Positions 26,982 to 36,192 of a stretch of DNA of 36,192 bases are shown here, piece after piece (the first letter of the stretch is position 1; each line of letters starts with the position of its first letter). Below the pieces are notes generated by a model. That model was given only the letters and a program-made list of their open reading frames with translations. It searched no databases and was not told where the DNA came from. The position numbers were made by a program, and so were the translations under genes. Origin of the DNA: Kofleriaceae bacterium (GTDB lineage Bacteria; Myxococcota_A; Polyangia; Haliangiales; Haliangiaceae); NCBI GenBank assembly GCA_965215005.1, contig CBDCCZ010000052.1:1-36192 (forward strand). Direction: 5' to 3'.

Positions 26982-27337
26982 CGGTTTCGGCACTCTTACG
27001 GAGAGGCGCGAACCCGCGCACGATTCGCAACGCTCACGACTCGCCGCGCAACCTGCCAATGGCGACGCTGCTATTGGTTCACTGCGGCTGACGGCAGGCA
27101 CTTGAACGCGATCTCGATAGGACTTGCCGCGCGGAGTGTGGAGCAGCGTCAATCGATGGCGGCATTGTTAATGGCTTACGGACGTCCGCAGTACTTGCAC
27201 GCAACGTCGATGGGAAACGCCGAACGGAGCCCTTCCGCAGCGTCGATGGCTGTCCTTGCTGCGCATCAGCGCCGCTTCGCGCGCCTTCAATTCTACCGGC
27301 GCGTTTCAGCCGGATCGCGCACTCCGCCTCGGCACCG

Positions 27338-27703
27338 TCACACGCCTAGGCGGAAGGCATCCACGACGACGGTGACCTCATCGCCGGTGATTCCTACGAC
27401 ATCGAACCGGCATCGCGTGGGTCGCACGCGCCGAATCGCCAGGTAGGCCTCGGCAACGCGGGCGAGTTGTCGCTGTTTGACTGCGCCAATCGTTGCCAGC
27501 GCCGAACCTCGGCGGCCGTCAGCTCGGCTGCGCACCTCGACGAAGACCAGCACGTCGCCGTCGCGAGCGATGAGGTCGAGCTCGCCGCGCCGGCAGCGGA
27601 AGTTCCGCTCGACGATGGTGTAACCCCGAGCGACAAGCGCCGTCTCCGCGCGCCGCTCACCGACGCGGCCCTTATCGACGGTCGACCGCCGCTCCCGAGT
27701 CAT
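27338..27703 (-). CDS. yraN: YraN family (UPF0102) putative endonuclease
   Basis: GRVGERRAE..L..RGY.IVERNFR...GELDLIA......VFVEVRSR...CRFDVV. Confidence 0.92.
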   Translation of the reverse strand: MTRERRSTVDKGRVGERRAETALVARGYTIVERNFRCRRGELDLIARDGDVLVFVEVRSRADGRRGSALATIGAVKQRQLARVAEAYLAIRRVRPTRCRFDVVGITGDEVTVVVDAFRLGV

Positions 27704-27877
27704 TGCGTTTCACCCACATGTCCCCGTACTCGAACGCGTGCGCCCGCGCGCACGCGGAAGCGCTGGCCGCTGCTGTTGCAAGCGTCGCGAGCAGGCGCCG
27801 CTGGCCGCAACGAAGCGCCGTCGCAATCATCGCGCCCAATGCGAGCGCTGATACGCCGCGGCGGGATCACGTACGTC

Positions 27878-27913
27878 AAAAGTCGGCCGCCTCGACGCGG
27901 GACGAGGACGGCC
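27878..27913 (-). terminator. Terminator-like hairpin after rplS
   Basis: Minus strand GGCCG-T-CCTCG-loop-CGAGG-CGGCC followed by GACTTTT. Confidence 0.45.
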
Positions 27914-27983
27914 ATTTACGCAACGCGTGAGCTCTCTCGATCGCGAGTGGCGTTCTAGCGATTCACGGCGAACGCCGCAGTCG

Positions 27984-28523
<540 letters not shown>

Positions 28524-28680
28524 GGCGGGGCCCTTCCGAAGCTCTTGGCGCGCGGGCGCGCCGGGACGCGAATACTTGCCAGATCGCAGGGGCCCTCGTC
28601 AAGCGCGTTGCGCAGACAAGCCCGGCGGTGCCGCACTCCATCGCCGCAGAGTCGCCCGCACCGGCGCTCAAGAAGCCACG

Positions 28681-29961
28681 CTAGCGCCCAAACAATCGGT
28701 CCAGCATGATGGCCACGGCGCTACGGACACTCAAATGATTGAAGCTCGAGCCCCCGGACAGCGGCGTAAGCACCTGATCACACTCTGATAGCACCTCATC
28801 GGTGAGCCCCCACCCGGTCCCAAAGACGAGCAAGAGCGGTCGCTCATCGGCCGCTGCCGCGAGAGCCGACGCCGTCACCGCGCGCCCAGAAGGGATTCGC
28901 CGAACATCCGCGGTGGTGGCAATCAGCCGCGGCCGCACGCCGCCGTGAGCCGCCGCGACCGCATCGCCCGCCGCCTCCAAGCTTGGCATCGCCTGCTCGA
29001 GCGCCAACGCGCCGGCGCGGTGCTCGCCGCTCGGACGCCCCTGCCAAACCGCAAGAATTTCCTCGACCTTGTCGCGCTGCGCGGTAATCGGCGTAACGAT
29101 GAACGCTCCGGCGAGCCCGTAGGTGGCTGCCGACCGGGCGAGGTCGTGGATGTCGAGATTGGTCACCGCCGTGGTAATTACGCGGCGCTCGCGGTCATAG
29201 ATGGGGTGGTGCACCAGCGCGACGTAGGTGCGCGTCGCCAAGACTCCAGCGCCGAGCTCTCGCCACAGCCGCGCATCGTCCTCCGTGAACGCGTGCCTCG
29301 CTAGCAGATCGGGCCGGCGGGTGGCGGTCCGTTGCAGACTCTGAGCGCGACGCCACCTGGCGATCGCCGCGTGGTTGCCGCTGTGCAAGACCTCAGGTAT
29401 CACGCGCTCGCGAAACGTGCGCGGCCGCGTGTATTGCGGGTACTCCAGAAGCGGCGCCGAGAATGACTCTTCCTCGGTCGAGGACGCGGCCCCTAGCACT
29501 CCAGGCACGTACCGCGCGACTGCATCGATAACGGCCAGCGCCGCGATTTCGCCGCCGCTGAGAACGAAGTCGCCCACGGATAACTCTTCGTCGATTGCCA
29601 GCTCGCTCACGCGCTCATCGATCCCCTCGTAGCGACCGCAGACCAGCACGACATGCTCGAGGGCGGCGAGCGCGCGCACCCGCTGTTGCACCAGCGGGGC
29701 CCCGGCAGGGGTCATCAGCACCCGATGCGGAGCGCCGGCGATGGACTCGATCGCAGCAATCAGCGGCTCGACCTTCATGACCATCCCAGGGCCGCCGCCT
29801 GCAGGGGTATCGTCGACCGTCCGGTGCCGGTCGCTGGTAAAGTCGCGCGGATTGACGAAATCGACGGCGATCTGGCCGGCGGCGCAAGCGCGCCCCACCA
29901 CGCCGGCCGCCAAGACCGACTCGAACATCTCGGGGAACAGGGTGACGACCGTAAATCGCAC
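28681..29961 (-). CDS. trmD: tRNA m1G37 methyltransferase TrmD fused to a C-terminal second SPOUT (Tm1570/Methyltrn_RNA_4-like) domain
   Basis: TLFPE, VDDTPAGGGPGMVM, CGRYEGIDER, SVGDFVLSGGE, LEYPQYTRP, SGNH; then YVALVHHP..TTAVTNLDIHDLAR..LLVFGTGWGL..NHLSVRSA. GTG start. Confidence 0.96.
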   Translation of the reverse strand: MRFTVVTLFPEMFESVLAAGVVGRACAAGQIAVDFVNPRDFTSDRHRTVDDTPAGGGPGMVMKVEPLIAAIESIAGAPHRVLMTPAGAPLVQQRVRALAALEHVVLVCGRYEGIDERVSELAIDEELSVGDFVLSGGEIAALAVIDAVARYVPGVLGAASSTEEESFSAPLLEYPQYTRPRTFRERVIPEVLHSGNHAAIARWRRAQSLQRTATRRPDLLARHAFTEDDARLWRELGAGVLATRTYVALVHHPIYDRERRVITTAVTNLDIHDLARSAATYGLAGAFIVTPITAQRDKVEEILAVWQGRPSGEHRAGALALEQAMPSLEAAGDAVAAAHGGVRPRLIATTADVRRIPSGRAVTASALAAAADERPLLLVFGTGWGLTDEVLSECDQVLTPLSGGSSFNHLSVRSAVAIMLDRLFGR

Positions 29962-30127
29962 CGCGCCCGTGTACCATGGCCGGAGAAGAAGTCCGCCGCC
30001 GCGGGAGCCATGTCGTGAGTCTCAGCGCTCCTCGATCGAGCGAGCGCGACCGGCAACCGCTGCTCAAGCCCCGCCGTCCGTTGTTGCTCGTCTAGGAGCT
30101 CTCAGGTCTTGCCGAAGATCGCTGTCG

Positions 30128-30718
30128 CTACGGCCGTGACGTCTCTGGCAGGTCTTCTGGCGGCTCGACGATCACGAGCCGCGCTGCGATGTCGATGCTC
30201 AAGACGAAGGCGTCGACGAGCGGCAGAAGCCGCTCGAGCTCGCCATGATGAACGACCAGCCGGTCTTGCGGACCTAGCTCGACGGCGGCAACTTCGCCCC
30301 AGGCGGTTCCGTCGGCGAGCTCAACGCGACAGCCAACGAGGTCGGCCAGCAGCACCTCGTCGTCGTCGAGCTCCAGCGCCTCGCGAGCGACGTGCACGGC
30401 GCTGCCACGCAAGCGCTCGGCGCGACTGCGGTCGCGCACCCCAGCGAGGCGCAGCAAGATGGCAGCGTTGACGGCGCGCGCCGACTCGACGTCGAACTGC
30501 TCCCCGCCAACCCCAACGCGATCGACAGAGAGCAGGCACTGCGACGCGGGATCGTAGGTATGCACGCGCACCTCACCCTGCACGCCATGCGCACGAGCGA
30601 CGTAGCCAACCTCGACGACGTCGTCGGAGGAGTTGGAACGCGAGGCTGACTCGCCCCGGTCTTGCGCGCGGTCGGAGGATGCCCGCGACTCTAGCCCCGG
30701 TTTCGGCGTCTCCGTCAT
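30128..30718 (-). CDS. rimM: Ribosome maturation factor RimM
   Basis: VGYVARAHGVQGEVRV, DRSRAERLRG, DLVGC.V, LLPLV..FV..ID; conserved synteny. Exact start uncertain. Confidence 0.93.
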   Translation of the reverse strand: MTETPKPGLESRASSDRAQDRGESASRSNSSDDVVEVGYVARAHGVQGEVRVHTYDPASQCLLSVDRVGVGGEQFDVESARAVNAAILLRLAGVRDRSRAERLRGSAVHVAREALELDDDEVLLADLVGCRVELADGTAWGEVAAVELGPQDRLVVHHGELERLLPLVDAFVLSIDIAARLVIVEPPEDLPETSRP

Positions 30719-30800
30719 CGATTCCAGTTCTTCGTGGTCTTACGGCAAGAGGCCAGCGACCACGAACATCGCGCCGCGGTGCTACTACACACCGGCTGAA

Positions 30801-31046
30801 CTACTCGAGGATTTCGACGAGCGTGCGCTTGCGAGACTTGGGCGCCACGGCGTTCACCAAGGCGCGGATGGCGCGAGCAGTCTTGCCGCCCTTGCCGATG
30901 ACTTTTCCGAGGTCGTCTTCATCGACCTCGAGCTCGTAGACGTTCGCCGCTCGCTCTTCAACGAGCGTCACGATGACCTCGTCCTTCTTATCGACGAGGT
31001 TGTAGGCGACGTAGCGAACAAGCTCGCTGATATCGGCCGTTGCCAT
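30801..31046 (-). CDS. khpA: KH-domain RNA-binding protein KhpA
   Basis: LVD..DEV.V...YELEV...DLGKVIGKGGKTARAIR; located between rpsP and rimM. Confidence 0.92.
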   Translation of the reverse strand: MATADISELVRYVAYNLVDKKDEVIVTLVEERAANVYELEVDEDDLGKVIGKGGKTARAIRALVNAVAPKSRKRTLVEILE

Positions 31047-31050
31047 GCCG

Positions 31051-31311
31051 CTATGCCTGTGCCGGGGTCTGCTCGGGCTCTGCTCGCTTGGCTTTCTTCA
31101 CCAGCTGCGCGACGGTATCGCTGGGCTGGGCGCCGTTTCCGACCCAATGATCGTAGCGCGCGTGGTCGACGTTGAACGCCTTGGAACGCGGATCATAGGT
31201 GCCGAGGAGCTCGATGAAGCGCCCATCGCGCGACGCGGTTTTATCCGCGGCGACGACGCGATAGAAAGGACGCTTCTTGGACCCATGACGGGCCATTCGA
31301 ATTGCTACCAT
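31051..31311 (-). CDS. rpsP: 30S ribosomal protein S16
   Basis: Start reassigned to ATG 31311: MVAIRMARHGSKKRPFYRVVAAD...RDGRFIELLGTYDP...GAQPSDTV. Confidence 0.97.
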   Translation of the reverse strand: MVAIRMARHGSKKRPFYRVVAADKTASRDGRFIELLGTYDPRSKAFNVDHARYDHWVGNGAQPSDTVAQLVKKAKRAEPEQTPAQA

Positions 31312-31406
31312 CGCTAATTGCCTGCCTAAACCGTAGCTGAACTCAGTAGGGCGAAGACGCCCGCAAATCACTGACAACCCAAGGTGGGTTGCCGTAGGAA
31401 CGCGGC

Positions 31407-31435
31407 AATCTACCCGCGGTGGTAGGGGCTGTCAA
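31407..31435 (-). promoter_or_regulatory. Sigma70 promoter of the rpsP operon
   Basis: Minus strand TTGACA-N17-TAGATT, about 95 nt upstream of rpsP; same -10 hexamer as the tRNA promoter. Confidence 0.75.
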
Positions 31436-31454
31436 GCATGCTATAGACGGGCCT

Positions 31455-33128
31455 ATGCGGGTTTGGCCAGCCGCCGCAGCGGCATGTCTTGCCTGGGTGG
31501 GACTTGCCTGTTCCTCGGCATCCTCATCCAAGAACACCAGCTCAGGCTCCAGCGCGAGCTCGAGCTTCACCATGTTCGTGACCGCCGAGCTGCGCGGCTC
31601 CATCGAGCCATGTGGGTGCACCAGCGATCCGCTCGGCGACCTGGCGCGCACCGCGCAGCTGATCAAAGCCGCGCGGCGTGGCAAGGACGCGGTTCTGTAT
31701 ATAGATGCTGGCTCCATGCTGTACAGCGGCGTCGAGCTCGAGCCGCACCTCGAGGCCCAGGAGGCGCTCAAGGCCAGTTTGTTGGTCAACGCCTTCGGTA
31801 CCGACCTCGAGGCCGCCGCCGTTGGCCTCGGACCCTACGATCTCGCCAAAGGCCCCGAAAACGTGCGCCCGCCGCGACAGGTGGCGAACCTGCCCGCGAC
31901 GAGCAAGGTGCCTACCGCGCCGCCGCGTATCGTCGAGGTTGGTGGCGTAGAGGTCGGCATCTTTGGCGTTGTGGAGCCGAGCGCGGTGCCGGCGCTCGCG
32001 GCCGAGCCAGTGGTGCCGGCTGCGCGCGCTGCGGTGGCCAGCCTCGAGAAGCAAGGCGCCAAAGTCATCGTCGCGCTGGCGCACATGGACCGCCGGGGTG
32101 CCGTGGAGTTTGCGCGGGAGGTCGCCGGCATCGACTTCGTCGTCGTTGGTCAAAATGCGCCCGAGCCCGATGAGGTTCAGTCCACCGCGCAAAAGATTGG
32201 CGACAGCTGGCTGCTTCAGCCAGCCAATCGCGGGCAAGTCGTCACCCGCGTCGATGTAACGGTACGTCCAGGCGAGGCGCCGTTGGTGGATGCGGGCGGT
32301 AAGGCGGCAGCCACTGCGCGGCTCACCGACCTCGATGATCGTATTGCCAAACTGACCGGTGACCTCGCCAAGTGGAAGGACGATGCGTCTGCCGACCAGG
32401 CGTTCGTCGCCCAAAAAGCTGCCGAGCTGGAGGCGCTGCGCGCCGAGCGCACGGAGCTCGCGACCACGCCGTTGTCGGTTCCATCGTCTGGCAGCTGGTT
32501 CACGCTCGAGCAGCTCGCCATTCGCCGATCGCTGCCCTGTGATGAGGCCGTGCAGGCGGCGAAAGTCGCGTATGACCAAGCAGCAGGCAAGGCCAACGTG
32601 TTGGCGGCAACAGGAACCAAGCCACCGCCGGTGGCCGCCGGACAAGCGGGTTTTGTCGGCCCCGAGGAGTGCAGCTACTGCCACGACGCCGCAGTCAAGT
32701 TTTGGCAGCGGACCCGCCATGCGCAAGCGTGGGAGACTCTGGAGCGCATCGGCAAGCAATACAACTTCGAATGCATCTCGTGTCACGTGACCGGTTGGGA
32801 AGAGCCAGGCGGCTCGAACTTGGCGGTCAATGAGCACCTGCGCGACGTGCAGTGCGAGGTGTGTCATGGGCCGGGCTCGCTGCACGTCGACAACGACGGC
32901 AAAGGCGGCGGACTCACGCTGGCGCCGCCGGAAACCCGCTGCGTGACTTGCCACAACGAGATGCATTCCGACACGTTCCAATACGAGGCCTATCTTCGCG
33001 ACGTCACCGGTCCAGGCCATGGGCAGGCGTTTCGCGAGCGCCTTGGCGACGGCCCCACTGGTCATCAGCTGCGCTCGGCGGCGCTGCAGAAGGCCGGGAT
33101 GGCAATCGGTAAAGGGTGTGCGAAGTGA
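31455..33128 (+). CDS. Lipoprotein: degenerate UshA/metallophosphoesterase-like domain plus tetraheme (c554-like) cytochrome c
   Basis: ATG 31455 preferred because the earlier start overlaps the rpsP promoter. Lipobox GLA-C; ELRGSIEPCGC, YIDAG, VALAH, IDFVV.G; four CxxCH motifs (CSYCH, CISCH, CEVCH, CVTCH). Confidence 0.88.
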   Translation: MRVWPAAAAACLAWVGLACSSASSSKNTSSGSSASSSFTMFVTAELRGSIEPCGCTSDPLGDLARTAQLIKAARRGKDAVLYIDAGSMLYSGVELEPHLEAQEALKASLLVNAFGTDLEAAAVGLGPYDLAKGPENVRPPRQVANLPATSKVPTAPPRIVEVGGVEVGIFGVVEPSAVPALAAEPVVPAARAAVASLEKQGAKVIVALAHMDRRGAVEFAREVAGIDFVVVGQNAPEPDEVQSTAQKIGDSWLLQPANRGQVVTRVDVTVRPGEAPLVDAGGKAAATARLTDLDDRIAKLTGDLAKWKDDASADQAFVAQKAAELEALRAERTELATTPLSVPSSGSWFTLEQLAIRRSLPCDEAVQAAKVAYDQAAGKANVLAATGTKPPPVAAGQAGFVGPEECSYCHDAAVKFWQRTRHAQAWETLERIGKQYNFECISCHVTGWEEPGGSNLAVNEHLRDVQCEVCHGPGSLHVDNDGKGGGLTLAPPETRCVTCHNEMHSDTFQYEAYLRDVTGPGHGQAFRERLGDGPTGHQLRSAALQKAGMAIGKGCAK

Positions 33129-33580
33129 AGCATTGGCTGCTTCTCAGCGTGGTGCTGCTAGCGCTGGGCGCCGGCACCATTGCCGGCTGCGTATCGCAAC
33201 GGCAGCGCGGCTCGAGCGGCGCCGACGATGCGATGCGCGACGGGCGCGTTCTCGAGGTGCAGCACGGCACCGCCAGCTGGTACGGCGGCAAGTGGCAGGG
33301 TCGCAAGACCGCTAGCGGCGAGCGCTTCAATCAATGGGCGATGAGCGCAGCGCACCGGACCTTGCCATTTGGCACCGTCGTGCGCGTCACCAACAAGCGC
33401 AATCAGCGCCAGGTTCGGGTGCGCATCAACGACCGCGGGCCGTTTGGCAAACGTCGGCGAATTTTGGACGTTTCGCGGAAAGCAGCGGAAGCGCTCGGCA
33501 TGATTCGCGACGGGGTCGTGCCTATCAAGCTCGAGGTGTTAAAGCTACCGGATGAGCGCCCGGCGGTGAGTCTGCGCTAA
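33125..33580 (+). CDS. rlpA: RlpA family septal-ring lytic transglycosylase lipoprotein (DPBB domain, no SPOR domain)
   Basis: GTG start overlapping the upstream stop (GTGA). Lipobox IAG-C; GTASWYG..TASGERF..AAHRTLPFG..RINDRGPF..LDVS. Confidence 0.93.
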   Translation: MKHWLLLSVVLLALGAGTIAGCVSQRQRGSSGADDAMRDGRVLEVQHGTASWYGGKWQGRKTASGERFNQWAMSAAHRTLPFGTVVRVTNKRNQRQVRVRINDRGPFGKRRRILDVSRKAAEALGMIRDGVVPIKLEVLKLPDERPAVSLR

Positions 33581-33640
33581 CCAGCGCAACCGGTCGTGCT
33601 CGTAGATTGAGCTGCAGCCCTTCAGGGCGCATGAGGACTC

Positions 33641-34585
33641 TTGCGGATCGAGCTCGAAAACGTAGTGAAGCGATACGGGCAGGTGCAAGCGCTCGCGGGC
33701 GCGAGCCTAACGATCGAAGGCGGCGTGATCGGGCTGCTCGGCCCCAATGGCGCCGGCAAGTCGACCCTCCTCAAGTGCATGCTCGGGCTCATCCGCCATG
33801 AAGGAGAGGTGCGGGTGCTGGGCCTCTCGAGCCGCACCGAAGCGTTCGCGATTCGCGACCGGGTTGGCTACATGCCCGAGTCCGATGCCCACCTGGCTGG
33901 CATGAATGCGGTCGAGCTGTGCCGCTACGCCGGCGAGCTCAGCGGTCTTCCGCGACGCGAAGCGCTGCAGCGCGCCCATGCGGCGCTGTTCTACGTCAAC
34001 CTCGAGGAGAAACGGTATCTGCCGGTGGAAGGCTATTCCACCGGGCTCAAGCAGCGCGTCAAGCTTGCCCAAGCGCTGGTTCATGATCCCGAGCTGCTAC
34101 TTCTAGACGAACCGACCAACGGCTTGGATCCGCGCGCCGCGACCGAGATGCTCGAGCTGATTTCCGAGCTGCCGCAGAAACGCGGCTGCTCCATCCTGCT
34201 CTCCACCCATCTGCTGCCCGACGTCGAGCGCGTTTGCGAGCAGGTCGTCATCATGAAAGCCGGCGCCGTGGCATTTTCCGGCACCATCGAGGCGCTGCGC
34301 GCAGGTGCACGTGCCGCCAACGAGCAAACCTTCGACGTCGAGGTCAAGCGCGACGCCGCCGCGGTTGCTAACGAGCTGCGCACCGCCGGTTGCCAAGTGC
34401 GGATCGTCGAGCCGCTGCGGCTATTTGTCACAGCGCCGGCGGCGGCCGGGGCCGCGCTGATTTTCGCGCGGGCGGCAGCGGTGGGCGATCAGGTGCGGCG
34501 GCTGGATACCGAACGCGAAACCTTTGAGCAGGCGTTCTTGCGGGTCGTCGGCAAGCGGCACGAAACCGCTGAGGCAGCGCTATGA
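33641..34585 (+). CDS. ABC transporter ATP-binding protein
   Basis: TTG start with SD GAGGA. Walker A GPNGAGKS, signature YSTGLKQR, Walker B LLLLDEP, switch STH. Confidence 0.95.
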   Translation: MRIELENVVKRYGQVQALAGASLTIEGGVIGLLGPNGAGKSTLLKCMLGLIRHEGEVRVLGLSSRTEAFAIRDRVGYMPESDAHLAGMNAVELCRYAGELSGLPRREALQRAHAALFYVNLEEKRYLPVEGYSTGLKQRVKLAQALVHDPELLLLDEPTNGLDPRAATEMLELISELPQKRGCSILLSTHLLPDVERVCEQVVIMKAGAVAFSGTIEALRAGARAANEQTFDVEVKRDAAAVANELRTAGCQVRIVEPLRLFVTAPAAAGAALIFARAAAVGDQVRRLDTERETFEQAFLRVVGKRHETAEAAL

Positions 34586-35499
34586 GCGAGCCCGCCGGAC
34601 GCGCCGCGGTTTTCGACCTTGGGTACAAGCGTTACGTCGGACGCCGCCTGCCGCAGCGCTCGCGGTATCGCGTGATCGCGGCCGAGCTGGTGCGCTCGTC
34701 GTGGCGCGGCTGGTGGCGTATGCGGGTCTGGGTATTTGCCGCGGTCGCCACCACGTTGGTCTTTGGCGCGCTGGCTTGGGCCGGTCAGGACGGGCCGTTT
34801 CGGATGCTATTCGAGCGCGCTGAGCAGGCGGGCCTGGCGCCGCGCTCGGCAATCATCGCGGTTTCCTTCGCGATGTATCTCAGGCTTGGCTTCGTGCTCA
34901 GCTTGACCATCGGCGCCACCACGGTGGGTCGGGATCTGCAGGCCGGCGCCTTCGAGCTGTATTTTGCTCGCCCGGTGCGACCTATCGACTACGTGCTCGG
35001 CAAGCTCACCGGCTTGGTGATCATCGTGGCGACCGTGGTGCTGGTGCCGCCGGTGCTGCTCGCCGTCTTCATCGCTTTGGCGACCCCCGATGGCGCGAGC
35101 GCGCTGGCCGCCGCCGCTCTGATACCGAAGACGTTGCTGGTCGGCAGCGTCGGCGCCATGGCCTACGCGATCGCGCCGCTGGTGCTGTGCGGAATCTCCT
35201 CCAACCCGCGACACGTGTTGATCGCGTGGGCGGCCGTGTATCTGGTTGGCACCGGCGTCTTCGCAGCGATCGCGTTGGCGGTGGACGTGCCAGCGCTGGC
35301 GGCGGTCGACCTATCAACCGCCCTCGATACGCTCGTGGTAGCGCTGATCGGTAAGCCAAGCCTGCTCGGTGGTGCAGCGCTGCCACTGCCACCTTGGTGG
35401 GCGGCATTGCTCAGCGTTGCCGCCTATGTCGTTCTCGGCATCAGCGTCATCTATCGCAGTGTGGTGCGCGCCGAGCGTGCCGGGCTAGGAGGTGGATGA
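34582..35499 (+). CDS. ABC-2 type exporter permease
   Basis: About 6 TM helices; D...GA.ELYFARPVRP.DYVLGK motif; ATGA overlaps on both sides. Confidence 0.9.
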   Translation: MSEPAGRAAVFDLGYKRYVGRRLPQRSRYRVIAAELVRSSWRGWWRMRVWVFAAVATTLVFGALAWAGQDGPFRMLFERAEQAGLAPRSAIIAVSFAMYLRLGFVLSLTIGATTVGRDLQAGAFELYFARPVRPIDYVLGKLTGLVIIVATVVLVPPVLLAVFIALATPDGASALAAAALIPKTLLVGSVGAMAYAIAPLVLCGISSNPRHVLIAWAAVYLVGTGVFAAIALAVDVPALAAVDLSTALDTLVVALIGKPSLLGGAALPLPPWWAALLSVAAYVVLGISVIYRSVVRAERAGLGGG

Positions 35500-36192
35500 T
35501 GCCGGCGGCGGTCTCCGTTCGAGGTTGCTCAAAATGGTACGGCACCATCCTTGGCGTCTCAGACATCGATTGGCAGGTCGAGGGCGGCATCGTCGGCTTG
35601 CTAGGCCCCAACGGCGCCGGTAAGTCGACCCTGCTGAAGATGGTCGCGGGGCTGCTCGCGCCCTCTCGCGGGCAGGTCCGAGTGTTTGGCGAGTCTCCAC
35701 TGCAGCCCGCGGCGCGTCGGCGCATTGGCTATTGCCCCGCGCACGACGGCGTTTGGGACGAGTTGTCGGCGCTGGAGCTGGTGGGTTACCTCGCCGAGCT
35801 CTCGGGCCTGCAGCGAGCCGATGCGCGCGCCGCTGCGGCCCGGGTGCTCGATCAGGTCGGCCTCACCGCCGTGGCCCATCGGCGAGTGGGCGGCTTTTCC
35901 AAAGGCATGCGGCAACGCACCAAGCTTGCTCAAGCGCTCGTCGGCGACCCCGAGTTGCTGCTCCTAGACGAGCCGCTCACCGGCGTCGATCCGGTGGCAC
36001 GAGCCGACCTCATCGGGTTGATTCGCTCGCTCGCCAGCGCCGGCAAGACCGTCATCGTCTCGAGCCACGTGCTCTACGAGATCGAAGCGCTCACCCGCAC
36101 CATCATGGTCATCTACCGCGGTCAGGTTCTCGCTAGTGGCGACATCTACGCGATCCGCGGCCTGATCGACAAACACCCGCACCGCATTCGTG
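35496..36192 (+). CDS. Second ABC ATP-binding protein, 3'-truncated by the window edge (absent from the ORF track)
   Basis: Read manually: MMPAAVSVRGCSKWYG...GLLGPNGAGKSTLLK...FSKGMRQR...LLLLDEPLTG...SSH; open to the end of the window. Confidence 0.93.
   Translation, partial: MMPAAVSVRGCSKWYGTILGVSDIDWQVEGGIVGLLGPNGAGKSTLLKMVAGLLAPSRGQVRVFGESPLQPAARRRIGYCPAHDGVWDELSALELVGYLAELSGLQRADARAAAARVLDQVGLTAVAHRRVGGFSKGMRQRTKLAQALVGDPELLLLDEPLTGVDPVARADLIGLIRSLASAGKTVIVSSHVLYEIEALTRTIMVIYRGQVLASGDIYAIRGLIDKHPHRIR

Noticed and set aside
27053..27162. Possible SRP RNA or 6S RNA
   Set aside because: No SRP domain IV motif with correct spacing and no clear 6S central bubble or usual neighbours; kept only as a generic sRNA candidate.
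26859..27446. ORFs 26859-27152 (-) and 26946-27446 (+)
   Set aside because: Arg/Ala/Ser-rich noise with no motif; one overlaps yraN antisense.
27700..27915. 71-aa minus-strand ORF coupled to yraN, or an rnhB remnant
   Set aside because: No RNase HII motif, no SD, and it starts inside a terminator-like hairpin.
31600..31625. Possible selenocysteine recoding in the UshA-like domain
   Set aside because: The codons are TGT-GGG-TGC (Cys-Gly-Cys); there is no in-frame TGA.
31542..33065. 507-aa minus-strand ORF
   Set aside because: Antisense shadow of the cytochrome gene.

Overview
High-GC chromosomal window, most likely from a myxobacterium (Myxococcota); this is inferred from gene content, not from a database hit. 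Left to right it contains: (1) the 3' end of a tyrosine integrase converging on a tRNA-Leu(CAG), which marks the edge of an integrated element lying left of the window; (2) an LPG-synthase/flippase-like membrane protein and an FHA-GAF-adenylate cyclase; (3) a ~23.5 kb Agl-Glt-type gliding-motility locus with, on the minus strand, gltC-gltD(agmU)-gltE(aglT)-gltF(cglF)-gltG(pglI)-like genes, a TPR lipoprotein and a 3881-aa AgmK/GltI-like giant TPR protein, plus a divergent Cys-rich GltK/CglC-like lipoprotein; (4) the housekeeping block rpsP-khpA-rimM-trmD-rplS and yraN, in which trmD is fused to a second SPOUT domain; (5) a lipoprotein joining a degenerate UshA-like domain to a tetraheme cytochrome c, then rlpA and a two-ATPase ABC exporter running off the right edge. 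I see no clearly new system. The best leads are the atypical build of the Glt machine (no gltA/B/H beta-barrels or gltJ in the locus, a TPR lipoprotein in the gltH slot, a three-TM GltG, and a dead zincin-like C-terminal domain on the giant TPR protein), candidate cis-elements around it, and a structured 484-bp intergenic region. All family calls come from motif recognition by eye; no searches were run.
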